This document shows, piece after piece, positions 35,809 through 48,600 of a DNA stretch of 64,000 nucleotides (positions are counted from its first letter, which is position 1; each line of letters begins with the position of its first letter). The notes beneath the pieces are model-generated. The model was not told the origin of the DNA. It did no database searches and saw only the letters and a list, made by a program, of their open reading frames with translations. The stretch covers positions 26,660,001 through 26,724,000 of the forward strand of contig CM060732.1 of assembly GCA_030704615.1 (NCBI GenBank), in the 5' to 3' direction. This DNA comes from Takakia lepidozioides (Eukaryota > Plantae > Bryophyta). The position numbers were made by a program, and so were the translations under genes.

Positions 35809-37577
35809 GGGCCTCACACATTTTGTACATGTTTCACGGCTTTCATTTCTTGATGGTCATCTGTGTAGGACAGAAGGGAGTATTCCTTCGCTTTGGTCCA
35901 CCCTGTGATTTGAAGGAGTACAAGACCTGCTATTCCATTGTGACCACCTGCAAACCTCTCTTGACAAAGCCTCCATGAGGAGGTACTTTAGGTCTTGAAC
36001 ACACATGGTTGTGCGAAGGAAAGAAACCAAAGGCTGGTGTTCATATAGACGGTGAGATCTTTCTCACATTCAGAGTGGCAAAGCATGGCCTGCTGCAGAG
36101 TATTAGCCTGAAACAGTAGCATTGTAGATGATTATCAACGCGCTACATATTGCATAGATAAGAGCAAGCAGACTTTCTTGTAGGAAGTCCAACCCATTTG
36201 CCTGTGCAGGTTCCCGGCCCATAACCTGTGATGCTTCAGACCAGTGCTTTCTTCTGCTTTGTCAGTGTGTTATGTGCCAATGTTTTAGTTTCTCAAGTCC
36301 CTCCCTTAAACATCCATTTGGCCAACATATTGTAGAATACAGGCGATATGACTTTGCCAGGGTTCGTCAACATGAGGCATGGCTCAACCTACCTTTGGTG
36401 AAGGTAGGAGTATTGCCAGTCTCCATTCCATATCCGCAAAGAGAGCTCTTGCAGCTGACTCCCCATAATGGAGTGCGCACCTCTCACGGAGAAAACAAGC
36501 AACAAGAACTTCTAACAATACAGAATATCAGTCATCAATCATCAAATTAGGAATGATGAGAAAGTGCTGAATGTTTCTTGAAGTGTGGCCGGAACATGTT
36601 AACAGGCTGCAGAGAGAAGGTCACCCACAATACACCCAGCTTGTGCATATAAGGCCTACAATGACATCTTGGGTGACTGGATACTAGGCAGCTCCCACTG
36701 CCAGCGGGAAACTGTGTAACAACCAAATTCAATCCAGGTCTGAAGGCTAGGGCAGTTTCGTTTCAGGGGACTCCTAGGCACATTATCTCTCTACCTTTTG
36801 TCAAGCCTGCAACTCACAACATTATCCCGACAAAAGGAGCCAAGTCTGGTGAACTGGTCTTGGAAGTGTGATCACGGCTTGGACTCTGTTAGAAAGTGAA
36901 GATTCTAGTTCCCTCTTATGAGCAATCAAGGCAGACCCACTCAGCAGCATAGGAATCATAACAGCAACGCCTTTCTCCAATAGACCACAGTTTTATGTTG
37001 CATCTCCAAGAGATTATATAAAGCACCCACTGTCACTGAGGTAAAGGGGAAATTAATTCAGTATGGAAAAGGTTAAGCTCTCACAGAAAGAGAAATACCT
37101 CGTCCAAAGTTCCTTATCCAATTCTTCCCCAGCAATCCCACCTCCTGTGATCTCTAGCAATTTGTACTGCAAAAAGAGGGGCATGCGAGTGCCAGGATTA
37201 TTGATGAATGCTTTGTCTACAAATCGGGGGATGTAATATAGTTTGGAGCCATTGGTGCGCATAATACCTTCCCACTCAGTTCGCCTAACTAGCTTTCCCC
37301 TTCCAGTTAAATTCTTTGGAACTATTCTGAGCACTACTCCCTCCAAGTAACCTTGGTTCCCCTCCAAGTAAAAGTCTGTCCAAAGTTCATATGCACTAGC
37401 AACCAAATGGAATTAGCCCATAAGGGGAAAACGGTTGGAGAAAACAGAAAATGTAAGAGGATAAGAGATCTGGCTCCAATTTACAGTTTCCTTGGAACCA
37501 TGATTGCCTTTGTAACTGCTCTCGCAAAGTAGCTCAACAGTACATCTTGCTGGCTATATCCTGATATGGTTGGTGGG

Positions 37578-40500
37578 TCAGCAGCCGACTGGGGGTCTTG
37601 TCCGCTTCTTTTCTCTCAACAGCTCACTGATTTTATCCAGAACCTACACATCTCAACACAACACACCCAACAATCACACTGCTGACCTGACTGCTGTGAG
37701 ACCCCTAGTACAACGACAGTGCTGCTGAAGTATTACCCACTGAATCATCAGAAAGTCACACATCCAGGCATTACAAACAAGTATTCCGTCGTAGCCCTTG
37801 CATTCCAACATTATATGACATTTTGGACATTAAAAGAGTTGCACTGTCGAGTTATTTCAGTCAAGATGTCTGCTTGCATCAGTGGCCACAAAATATAGAC
37901 GAAGCAAGCCAAGTTCAGTAATTGCATGTCAACCCTGCCATCACCAAGAACCACAGAGAGCTTTTAAGTACCTTCACAGCAAGCATTACTGGAGTGAGAG
38001 CTGAAGAGTCTTCAATGCCCAACTCTGAGGTAAGTTCTGCCCCACCCAAAACATTTGAACATGAGACCAGATCTACCAAGCATCAGACCTAATATCAATA
38101 CACCTTCGTACATGATTAGAAAACAATACCTTCAACTGAAACAGTTGCATCGGCGTTGGTGTAGGCCGGACCCCTTTCTTCCAACAGCTTTGACAGCCGT
38201 GACACAGCCTGGCAGCACCACAATCAGGCATTTAGCCCCTACCTTACTGTCTCCTTCCTGAGAAAGCATTGGGAGAGGTAATGGTGGTCCCATCTTCTCC
38301 CTTGTACCAAAACCCTGAAAAACCCCTTTAATTGACAGGGTTTAAGGCTTCCCTCCTCCACATATTCCCAACAAACACGTAAACTGCATGATACATTCAA
38401 ATGAGACTCCAAACCACGGAACAGTGGAAATTTGCAGTGTGCCTTGTGCAGGAGGCACCTTGGAACTCACCTGATGGTGGGCACAATCAGGTTCTAACAG
38501 TGGCCGTGATTCAGTGCCCACAGCCATCACACGCTTTGCTAATGCATCCAATGGTACATTCAGCCAAACCGTGATCCCATGCCTCAAGTAACCCCTACCA
38601 TCCATCCAGCCCAGCAATATTACTCTTTAGCCCACAACTCATAACTGATTTACTTTCATGGTATACGTCCCAGGTCTCCAACAGTGCAGCCTGGGAAGTT
38701 TGGCCTTCTTAAAGTCGCAGTTCACTAATCCCTCCCTCCAACCTTCTGCAGGACAAATAGATAGAAACTGGAATTATTTCTTTCTCAACCAACTTAATAT
38801 CTGAAACTCTCCATGGATCTGGAATCCCTTGATTAGCCACGTCTACCATGTGTATGTCCCATGAGAGTTGGACAAGTAACTGCACGAGGAAGACATGGCT
38901 GCCTTTTACCAGTTGTAGGATGCCCGTATTTTACCAGTTGTGAGATCGCACTACAGCGCCTCCGCCAGTGGCAACCACTAAGCGGACCATGGACGATAGC
39001 TGGCTCAGGACCTCACTCTGTACCAAGCCCAGTCAACCCACCAGTAAGTATTGTCTCCACAGTGATCAAAGGTCAAGAATTATAGGGCACCCTTCATGAA
39101 CACGACATCATTCCAGCGTCAACCCAGCAATATTGACCACCCAAGTCACTGCCATATCACACAACACTGAAAGCTCTATCCATCCACAAGGCCTAAGATC
39201 AAGTGTCCAATAATATAGAAAACAGGTCCGACGAAACCAACACAGCTGTCATCTGCAGTTTATGAGGTCACACATTTAACGATGCTGGTGACATTAAGAC
39301 AACCAACCTCCTGGCATATGATACTACAGCATATTGTGTTTCCAACCCTGTTCCTCGGCAGGGGTCCCATATAAAGGGTGGTGCTCCTTTTCCTAGGTCA
39401 GATGGCTAATCACAAGTCAAGACAGAAGTGTACCTCAGCATCTCTGAAACTCTCCTCATCATTCTCTTCAAAAATCTGTGCAACTGTAGCCCCACCTGCA
39501 GCCTGCTCTACGAGCTCATCACTGCTCTTCACAAGCCAACAAGATACTGCTCACTCAGAGACTTCCAATCAAACTAGATCAGAGCAAGGAGCATTATCTG
39601 CCCATAACACCTTCCAGCAAGATCTGTATGTCAAATATTGCCCATCCTCTGGGTGCCGAGTGTCTAAAGGAAGATTGTCACAACCTTTAGCAGATAGTTT
39701 TGAAACACAAAAGACCCTATTTTACCAAGAACAGCACCCATTGTGAGCATCAAGGTGAGACAGGACCCAGCCATAATAATTGCCTCTCATAATCAGCATA
39801 AGTTACTGTTCATATATGGCCATCAGGACTGCACACCACTTCCGTGCAAGACAACAGTGTAGGAAGTTTCCACTTTCCACTGGTTTGTCCTAAATGGGAG
39901 ACTCCCAATCAAGGCTTTGGTGCCCAGGGGACATCCAGTAGGATGCAAAGCTGGCAGGGAGGATTTCCTCAAGCATTGTTATGGGCATGCGATGGGCTCG
40001 GCAGGTGTAGGAGAAACTGGGAATAATCCTATAGTGTAACCCTTGGTAGAAGTTCCCCAGTGGGGAGAGCGTGAGTAGCAACCCCCTCCCCACTATGTCC
40101 CAGAAGTTGGTGTGGCCAACCCTGCAAGGAGGTTCTTTCTCAACATTCCTTGAACCAAAGGGTCTTATATAGAGTTTAAAAGCCAACCTTGATTGTAGAG
40201 TGCACCACCTCTTCACCTTTTCCCCCGAAGAAAAGACATGGCCCAAAAGTGCTCGAGTGACCAGTAGGGGTGGTAACAGAGCAACCAGCCCCATCAAAAT
40301 ATCATAATGCATTGCTTATGCATAGCACAAAGGATGAGGGAGCAAGTGTACCTGTCAAAGAAATAATATCCAAGAGCATCAGACAGAATTTTTCCCACTG
40401 TTGTCTTTCCACTGCCCATCATACCTGCACAAGCAAGCAAGAAGCACTCATAACAATCCATTCTCGATACACGACTACAGCATCATGTTACCTTATACAA

Positions 40501-43015
40501 TGCATTCACTGTCTTTTAAAATTGGAACTTACCAATAAGAAAGATGCAAGTTCCCCTCAGATCTCCTCCAACTTCTTGTGCTTTTTCCTGCAGGTTGTTG
40601 CTATCCTGTGAGTAGATCTGAGGCAATTCTTTACTAACAAGTCCAGTTTTCCCTTTGGAGATGGTATAATTTGCAACAATGGTTTAGCTTTTAGTAACTG
40701 GTGCTGGACAAGGTTGAAGAAAGCTACACAATTTAAGAGATTAGTTTAGTTCAACTTAAAAATTTGACTCAACATCATGCAAATCATGCCATTCTAAGCA
40801 CGTTAATTTCTATTATTTTCCTTTTGAACTTTATAAGAGCACAAAAAGAACATTAAAGGCAGCAGTGTTGACATCTACTGAAATCAATGACCCTTTAGGT
40901 TGTCAGCATTGAATGTCACTGCTCAAGTCAAACATCAGTTATAGTAGTGGATCATGTGGGCGTAGTAGTCTACCTTCAACAACAGCTCATACTCGGCTGC
41001 CACCACAGTATTGGGAGCCTGATTATAATCTGAAACCCTTACGAGATACCCCAATGGTTAGAGCACACCTCAATTAAGATCATATGTACAGGATCTTCAT
41101 GTTTTGAATTTACAAGAACCACACTGCATATGCATGGTATGTAATTCCCTAGTGGATAGACTACAAATGTGATTGCAACTGCGACACTGCCCTCCCCTGT
41201 CCAGAAAGGGGAGAGACTTTGAATCCCCAAAGTATTTTCAGTTCTCCGAAAAAGGGGATCCACATGTTCCTTGTCAGATTGAACATGTAGTTATGTTTCT
41301 TATGCCCAGAGACTGATAAAGGGGATCGAAATATCTCCAAAACTCACACAACCCCCCCAAACAACAAGAAAACCAATGTGACCAACATCATAGTCAAACT
41401 AGAATTACATCCTCGGCATTGGCTTACACAGAGGGATGTGGTAGTATTGTCCGGCCTACAATGTATGACTGTACAAACAAAACTAAGTTACTGAAGGTAG
41501 ACAAGTCCTGATGCTGTTTCAAATAGTCTGCCAACAGTAAGGTCAAACAGATTTGAACTCAAGAACCCCAGGCTGAATGGGGCACCAAGAAGACTTTTCA
41601 GCATAACTCAATGTCACTACCTTCCACCTAGAAAGTAGTGGATGGCAATAAAAGAGTTGAGAAGTAAAATAGCAACACAGTCCATGGCCTTCATGAAGCC
41701 CAGTTCCAGCACACAGTTAAAAATTTCTGGAAGCTGCCGTGACCAACCTGCCAGTCTTGACTTCCATCGCTAACAGACCTTGATCAACAAGGATATTTAG
41801 GTGAAATCAACCAATTCAATTTCCACAAGCAATGGTTGTAACTTAGGTTCACTCACTTGCATGCTCCTCCTCAATTCCATTGAGCTGGTGTAAAGTGCCA
41901 ATGACCCCTGCCTGCCACAAGCATCCAATTGGAGCCACAGATTAGTCCTCACAATCCCATGTTGCAACTACTACCCTTTAAACAGCAAAAGGATTAAAAT
42001 GTTCTCCCTTGGCCTCATAACCAGCAAGACATTGTTCAGTGACGAGAGTTTGTGCCAAATATTCCTTCTGGTGCTCCCTCACCATAGCATTGGTCTCCCT
42101 ACATCAACTACTCTTTGATCAACCCTCCTGTTTCCCACAGAAATGCGTGGTAGAGTACAAATTTTAAAAATCAAACCACAAGGTCAAAAAATAAAAGCCT
42201 TTATGGACCTTGCCGGTAACGGACAGAGGTAGTACTCTTTTATGGCATATATCGTAAGCACAATCAACTGTAATTGTTGTAGTTGCACTTACATTTCTTA
42301 TCGGTCGTAGCCCTACTAGACAATGTCCAGGAGTGAGCCAGGGGTGCACATCATTTACATATAGCTGGTCCACAGTAGTACCAGAAGCGCTAATACAAAT
42401 TATATATCCACTGGCGAAAGTGTACAAGGGTGAAGTCTTTTTGTGTCTGCAATCCCTTTGATAAGTCCTTCTTTTGATTTTGACACGGTCGATTGTGTTT
42501 ATGGACCGCTGTCCATTACCGCCAACGTCCATAAAAGGCTGGTCAAAGAGGATGGTCCTTGATGGACCCAGAGAACAGCTACTAATTGTGAAGTAGGAAG
42601 GAACTACAAGCCCAACCCCGACTACTGTTGTTCGGGCTAGGCCTTCAACAGGCAGGCACGACTTACCAGCTCTAACAACATCATTTACCCAAACATTGCC
42701 CTCATTCCATTGAGGCACACGTGGAAATCCAAACATTGAAAGGTTTTAGAACCGACACACCTTTGTTGCAGATACATCACTTTCAATCCTCGCCCTGTCA
42801 CTCAGGCAAGTCGTTGTCGTGATAATTTGAGGTCTCCTCTTTCCACACCCATCCTGAATTGAAAGCCTCGGGAAGCCCGACCATGATGAAGCTGAATGCA
42901 GCGAACCTCTTCCAGACGATGATGATGACAGTGCTACGTTCCTCCGAGTATAACATCCCTTCAGTGACGTAGATGAGGCACTAGCCACGGCAATGTTGCC
43001 AATCGTGGTGGCCAT
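37578..43015 (-). CDS. SK: Shikimate kinase, chloroplastic (about 9 exons)
   Basis: Ser-rich transit peptide in exon 1 (43015-~42761), P-loop [76 protein letters not shown]; stop at 37578-37580. Confidence 0.92.
42196..42540. mobile_element. MITE-like insertion in SK intron 1
   Basis: ~35-bp imperfect inverted repeats: AGCCTTTATGGACCTTGCCGGTAACGGACAGAGGT versus the reverse complement AGCCTTTTATGGACGTTGGCGGTAATGGACAGCGGT. Confidence 0.7.
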
Positions 43016-44160
43016 TTTCCTTCAAAAATCCTGCCAAAATGCGATACGTCGTTCTAGCTTCATGACACTCTTTCCAACCTCGAGAAAAAATCATTCAAAA
43101 GCCAAATATCTGTGTTCGCTTTCTCTTCCTCTTGTTCTCTCTCTCTCTCTCTCTCTCACCACACACACACAATCACAAAAACTTCCGCAACAATACCGAA
43201 GACTGGAACCAAAATCCAGCACGCACCTTCCCGTCTCCGCCTCCCGTGCACGTAACAAAGTCTTCTTCTTCTTCCCTTCCTCACATATCCAAAATCGACC
43301 CTTACGACTGTCAGCGCCTACATCACGCATACGACAGCTTACGGAACGTTTTGCCCGGGACACTTTTCCCTTCTCTTGCTCCTACAATACCGCGCTCCGC
43401 ACCTCGCTCTCGCACACCCTGCCATGCCACCTCGGCTCCCCTTTCGGTAGGGTTTAGTCTATGTTCAACCAGAGTTCCTGGCTTATTTGTAAACAATCAA
43501 TCTTGTTGTCGGACCTGGAGCGACGTTCTGGAATATGACACCGATGCTCTCGATTGGCAAAACAAAATTCTTCAAGACGCGTGTACATAGAATATTTCAT
43601 CCATACTTACAGATGAAATATGTAAATAGGATGTGGTTCATTGGGTAAGTAGACTAGACAAATGCACAAGGGATGTAAGCAATGGGTGATCTTTCAGATA
43701 TTTACAACCTATTTAGTAGAATCATACGGCAGGGCTTGCATGTGTTTACATGCATTTAAGTGTTCTTTTTCAACAAATCTTGCTAGCAGGTTTGGCCGAG
43801 TAGGCTTGAAAGACTAATAGGGTTTGGTGGCCCATACTAAGGACGTTTTCATCCTTATAGGATGAATCTATTAACAGATTTCATTCAAGGTCCATTACAA
43901 AGCTGGCGAGATAGGCTTTAAAATGACGTAAAGAACTATCAGATTTTTTAAATGACTAAGAGAGAATTAAATGATTGAATTTTCCGTCTATCCGAAGGAG
44001 TCCAAAACAAGTGGGTTCGATGAGGTCCCACAAGTGCAAATGGGATTTTAGAGCACTTACGTGGCCCATTTGCACTTAAGCCACTTAATTTTAGAGCACT
44101 GATTCCTGCCCTTTCATATTGTGCTTTCACACAAACAGGCACCTCTTATAGTGTATATAC

Positions 44161-44668
44161 CAGTGTTGGATTGGTATATAGGTGAAGGACTGGTATAAAG
44201 TATTGGTATATGCACTGGTATTAGATACCAGACCAAGTCTGGTATCGTTTGGGAGAGTACTTGGTCATATACCAGACCAGGCTGGTATCAGTTTTTTCAT
44301 ACCAGCCACAATACCAGTACTCCCCCGCACTCTACCTCATTTACTCTGGTTTGTGTACCATATTAATTTATGTGTACATTTGCCTATACATTTGTATTTA
44401 TGTATATTTACTTCTAAAGCCATCTTGAATTACAAGTTTATCAAATAGCAAATATCAAGTGAAAATAAATACAATACACATAAAGGATGATACCAAAGTT
44501 GATACCTCATACCAACTGGTATTGTGGTCATGATACTCATACTCATACCAGTATTTGGACAAATATACATCCACCATTATATAGACCAGACTGGTATGAA
44601 AACTTTGTGATACGTCTGGTACCAGGACCAGACTGGTATGGAATAAACTTGATACCAGTCCAACACTG
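44161..44668. mobile_element. hAT-type MITE with 8-bp TSD
   Basis: 17-bp TIR CAGTGTTGGA(T/C)TGGTAT, flanks GTATATAC / GTGTATAC, and many subterminal ATACCAG/CTGGTAT motifs. Confidence 0.85.
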
Positions 44669-45632
44669 GTGTATACACCTTGGTGTTGGGGAGATGGAAG
44701 AGACCTTAGGAATTGGGAAATGTGGCCTGAGAGGTAGTGATACATCCCTCTATAAGGGACATGTGGCGTACTATTCCAGTGTGCATCGGTCATAGGCCTG
44801 TGTTTGGTGATAGGCAAACATACCCTACAAGCACCCAAACAAAGGTATCTGCATTTAGGATACATGGTACTTGGTTGGACTGTTTTGGATGTCATGCGCA
44901 CATCTTTCCAAGCTGGATGCTGCATGATTGTCTTGAACTGGGGAGTCTGCGACACCCAAGAGCCTCACATACCTGCGGGTGCAACACAGCAAAACAACCT
45001 AGGACGAATCCAGTTTGTTCCTGATAACGGGCAGTCAGTATAGATATTGGTTTGGGATTTGGGAGGCTTGAAGTTTGACATTTCTTTTGCCTATATCTGC
45101 AGACCACTGAGATCTTAGATAGGCAACTTCGCCTTTTGGGTACTGCGAACTTTTGGGGGGTGGGCCTTATGTACCTTTCTTAAAAAGCCCTCCCAGCCTG
45201 TCTGGAAACCAAAGGAAAGAAATGACTGAACAACAGCCATGGAAAGACCTGCTTTAAGGGACTCTACACATTTGTCTTCCAATATACAAAATGACTGCAA
45301 ATACAGATCAACTATCAACACTAGAGCCGCCCTTACCCATTAAGAAACTCCTGCATGGACACCCCTGGGCTGTATCCATAACACATAAAACAGTAAAACT
45401 TCATGCATTGCCCAATCTTGAGCAGAGTAAACGATGCTAACAACCCAAAGTTGTCCTGCTTGAAGAGACAACACTCCTTTAACTATGCCTCCTCCAGACT
45501 ACAGCACCCAATGTGAGCAACCCCAAGAACCCTCCAACAACTGACCCAGTCTGTGAACTACCATGACACTGAACAATGCAGGTTTGTAGCTATGCAGCCA
45601 AGCCTCCAAAAAACTGTGACAAAAGTGGCCAT

Positions 45633-48600
45633 CTATTTTGAAGGAGACCGAGAATCTGGACTTCCCTCTCCATATGAAACGAGGCCTGGCTTCCCACCTG
45701 ATGACCTACTCCTTGACCGGGAGGGGCTCACAGAAGCAGACGGCAGCCTGCGGCGTTTGTCAACCTTGTCCCTGCCGTAAGAAACCAAACCCCGGTCACG
45801 GGGAGACAAGCTTTCCGAGGCTGATCGTCTGGGCGATGGGGACTCTGAAGAACTGTGGCTGGGAGAGCGATGCCTTCTCCCACGAGTAGAACCATTATTC
45901 TCACCATCTCGGGACTGGCTACCCACTCGGGGCCCGAGGCGAGCACGGAGGTCACTGCTGATACGAGGACGACCGCCAGATGGACTTGCGCTGCGACTCA
46001 GACTACGAGTATAGTCCCGGCGGCTGCGTTCCCGATGGACCACTGGGCTACGGCTTCGACTTATGCTCCGGCTGGCACTCTTCCTGTATCTGTAGAACAG
46101 ACAGCATCACCACATTTTCAGCTCAGCTTGTTTGTAGCATTGTCCCTCAGAGATTGCCTGTTCTACCAAGTACATAGTGGCAGTGGTGAAGGCAAGCTGC
46201 ACACTTGCTTCCAACCACCGCATAGTAATTACTAATAACCTACTCTTCAAAAGACCCTCTTTCGGAAACCCCAATACATACAAACCATGTGCGTCTTCAG
46301 AGCAACCAGAAGAGAGCAAAGATTTCCCTTGAGTTGCAAACTCGTCATCTGATCCTACGAGTAGATGTTACATTTCCTCATCACATCCAAGGTGAACTTC
46401 TTCAGATCAACTGATAGATGTTGCTAGTGATCCTGCTGTTCCCACACAGAACAAGCAAACTAAGAAAAATGAGGGGCAAACTAGAGCCGAGGAAACCCAA
46501 AAGACTATGCAGAAACAAACTTTGCCTGCAAACATTGACCAACCTTGGAGGTGTCCGGCCCCTTGGGGGACTTCTGTACCGCCTCGGGCTCCAGTCTCGA
46601 TAACCCCTGTAGCCTCCTCCATACCTAAATCCACAATCTTGTGAGGCCCAAGTTTGATTGAACTTGAGTGCTGGAATAACATAAAGTATAAAACACTGAG
46701 CTGCTCATGACCATTTGAAGTATAGGCCAGTTATAGGCTCTCTCTAGAGGCAGCAGCCACCCACAATTGTAATGTCAACAGCTTCTGTGAGTACTTCTGC
46801 TGGATATCCAAGAATACATATAGACTGGGGCCTACCTGTCAATTCTTCCACGGTCATATCTATCCCGTTCTCCTCGTCCACCATATCGATACGACCGCGG
46901 AGGTGAGCGATCTGGAGATGGAGTTCGATACCGCCGGGCATATGAATACTGCTGGCTGAACCCTCGACCTCTCCTAATTCTCTTTGGAGTGCCCTCCCGA
47001 CTAGGACTTCGCACCGGGGTACGACTCCGGGACCGGTGGGCGGGGGACGGAGTTGGGCTCTGTATCTTCACCACCACAGGGCCTGGACTCTTAGTTTTGC
47101 TGCGGCTAGGAAGGTTTTTCACACTCTTAACAGGACTGGGGCTTGGGGTCGCGCTTCGCCTTGACCTTGGGCTTGGGCTCTGGCTTTGACTCGCACTTCG
47201 TTGTGGGGAAGGGCTCCTGCTTCGGCTCCTGCATGAATGTCTCCCCAGAAGCATCAACACATTTCAGATATGTCCATCCATGTACAAGGCAATGGTTTAG
47301 TTATACAAAATCAGCAAGTATTATAAATGGGATATGTAGATCTTTAGCAGCAGACCTTCACTCCCTAAATATTTAGCGGTAAAGTACACAACCTCGAGAG
47401 CCCTTCAGTGAACTATCATTCCTAAAGCATCACACACCTGCACAAACAACTGAACTCATAACAACATGATAGAAGCAAGGACAGTATTAGCCACATAAGC
47501 AGAACCCCAGTGAGTTGTGTGGTGAAGGATGCAACCTTGATCTACTTTGTTGGGGGCTTCGAGGAGGTGTCGGACTCCTTTCCTTGGCCACTGCTTCAGC
47601 CTCCTCTGCTGCTTTGATCGCTTCCACACCTACTTTACGAAGTTCAGCATCTTCATCTCGACCATCTTCACTCATCACTTCATGCTTCTCTTTCTCCCTC
47701 TCTTTTACCACCTCAACATCTGCTGGCTTCTCATCCGGAGTTTCTTCAAATTGTAATGGAGTCATTGACTTCACTGTTACTTTCCCTGTAATCACCACCC
47801 ACAGTAGAGAACTTTGATACAAAGAGGAATAAGGGGAGGCTACAGACAGGCAATTGACTGGCTCACGTGAAGATAAAAGCCTCAGACAAAGAGACCTGCT
47901 GTATCATGCACACTAATTGTGACCTCAGAAATTGAAAATGTCAACTTTGATATTGATCCATTCTAGAAAATGGTCACAGGGGGAATGAAAGATGCAGGTA
48001 AAGATACATGTAGCTTGGAGATATCTATAGTTAAGAGGTCCAAGGTGCCTGGGCCTTATAGAGATAGGCTTGAAAGCTGCGGACTTACCAGCATCTTTAA
48101 CTAGCCTGTCAGATCCCTTCGGCTTGACAAGCTGCTCGCTCACATCACTTCCAGTGTCACTTTCACTATTAGTGCTGGAACTTTCACTCTCACTTTCACT
48201 TTCACTGAAGTCACTTTCTGAGCTCCTGCATCACATGGCAATAGATGAGATACAGACATTCTCTCATGACCTAAAATGTGTTCCTACAAGACCACAACAT
48301 TGAAGTCAGCAGCTATGATTGACATCAAAACACATGCATAGTACTACAATGTTACAATCTTCTGGATTTCAACATGCTTGAGTCCATAGGGGATGAATCA
48401 GATCTGCAAATTAAGGTATCAAGTCACTTTACCACTTGGGTATAGTTTAACAATTGTTAGTGATTCATAACCCCTGCTATACATAGGTATAAGTGACTGT
48501 GGTGGGACTGTCATATGTTCACTGCAAATTGCAAACAACAAAAATGTCTCATTTTAAACTTGGCAACAAATGTGCACATAGATCTGTAAGCGTACCTTCA

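Noticed and set aside
42164-42736. 190-aa ORF in SK intron 1
   Set aside because: It spans a MITE-like insertion, starts shortly after a splice donor and has no recognisable motif.
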